A DNA stretch of 61,112 nucleotides, filler included, from Hausera hauseri (lineage: Eukaryota), in NCBI GenBank assembly GCA_046269625.1. It is 10 parts of 10 records of this genome, joined end to end, with 100 filler letters (N's around TTAATTAATTAA, not from the genome) between each part and the next. Parts side by side here need not be neighbours in the genome. Positions count along the whole stretch, not along the records: positions 56,065 to 61,112 come from JBJURY010352044.1; 9 more parts are not named here. One strand, 5' to 3'. The notes below the pieces were generated by a model. The model saw only the letters and a list, made by a program, of their open reading frames with translations. It ran no database searches and was not told where the DNA came from. Positions 61,094-61,112 of this stretch are shown here, piece by piece (the stretch's first letter is position 1; each line of letters opens with the position of its first letter). The position numbers and the translations under genes are program-made.

Positions 61094-61112
61094 TTGTAAC
61101 TAGTTTTCATAC

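Overview
This window is not one locus. It is ten short eukaryotic contigs (about 4.5-7.7 kb each) joined by 100-bp N44-TTAATTAATTAA-N44 spacers. Most contigs are AT-rich invertebrate-like DNA dominated by decayed mobile elements: several Ty3/Gypsy families, Polinton/Maverick termini and a pPolB fragment, a piggyBac fragment, and an element encoding a chuvirus-like class III fusion glycoprotein. The only clearly intact host gene is an intronless secreted angiotensin-converting-enzyme-like peptidase; there are also C2H2 zinc-finger and cadherin pseudo-fragments. Two contigs look teleost-derived, one carrying a complete DIRS1 tyrosine-recombinase retrotransposon. This suggests a fish parasite assembly with host DNA (inference only). 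The most striking signal is that two divergent Gypsy elements each carry a ubiquitin-like domain ending in di-Gly just upstream of Gag (47891-48100 + and 59345-59560 -). Other highlights are a chu-like glycoprotein followed by a Zn-knuckle and aspartic protease, a zinc-finger array starting right after an LTR/tRNA-Leu PBS, and a receptor-like membrane protein downstream of a Gypsy integrase. All family calls come from motif recognition by eye; no database search was run, and boundaries of decayed elements are approximate.
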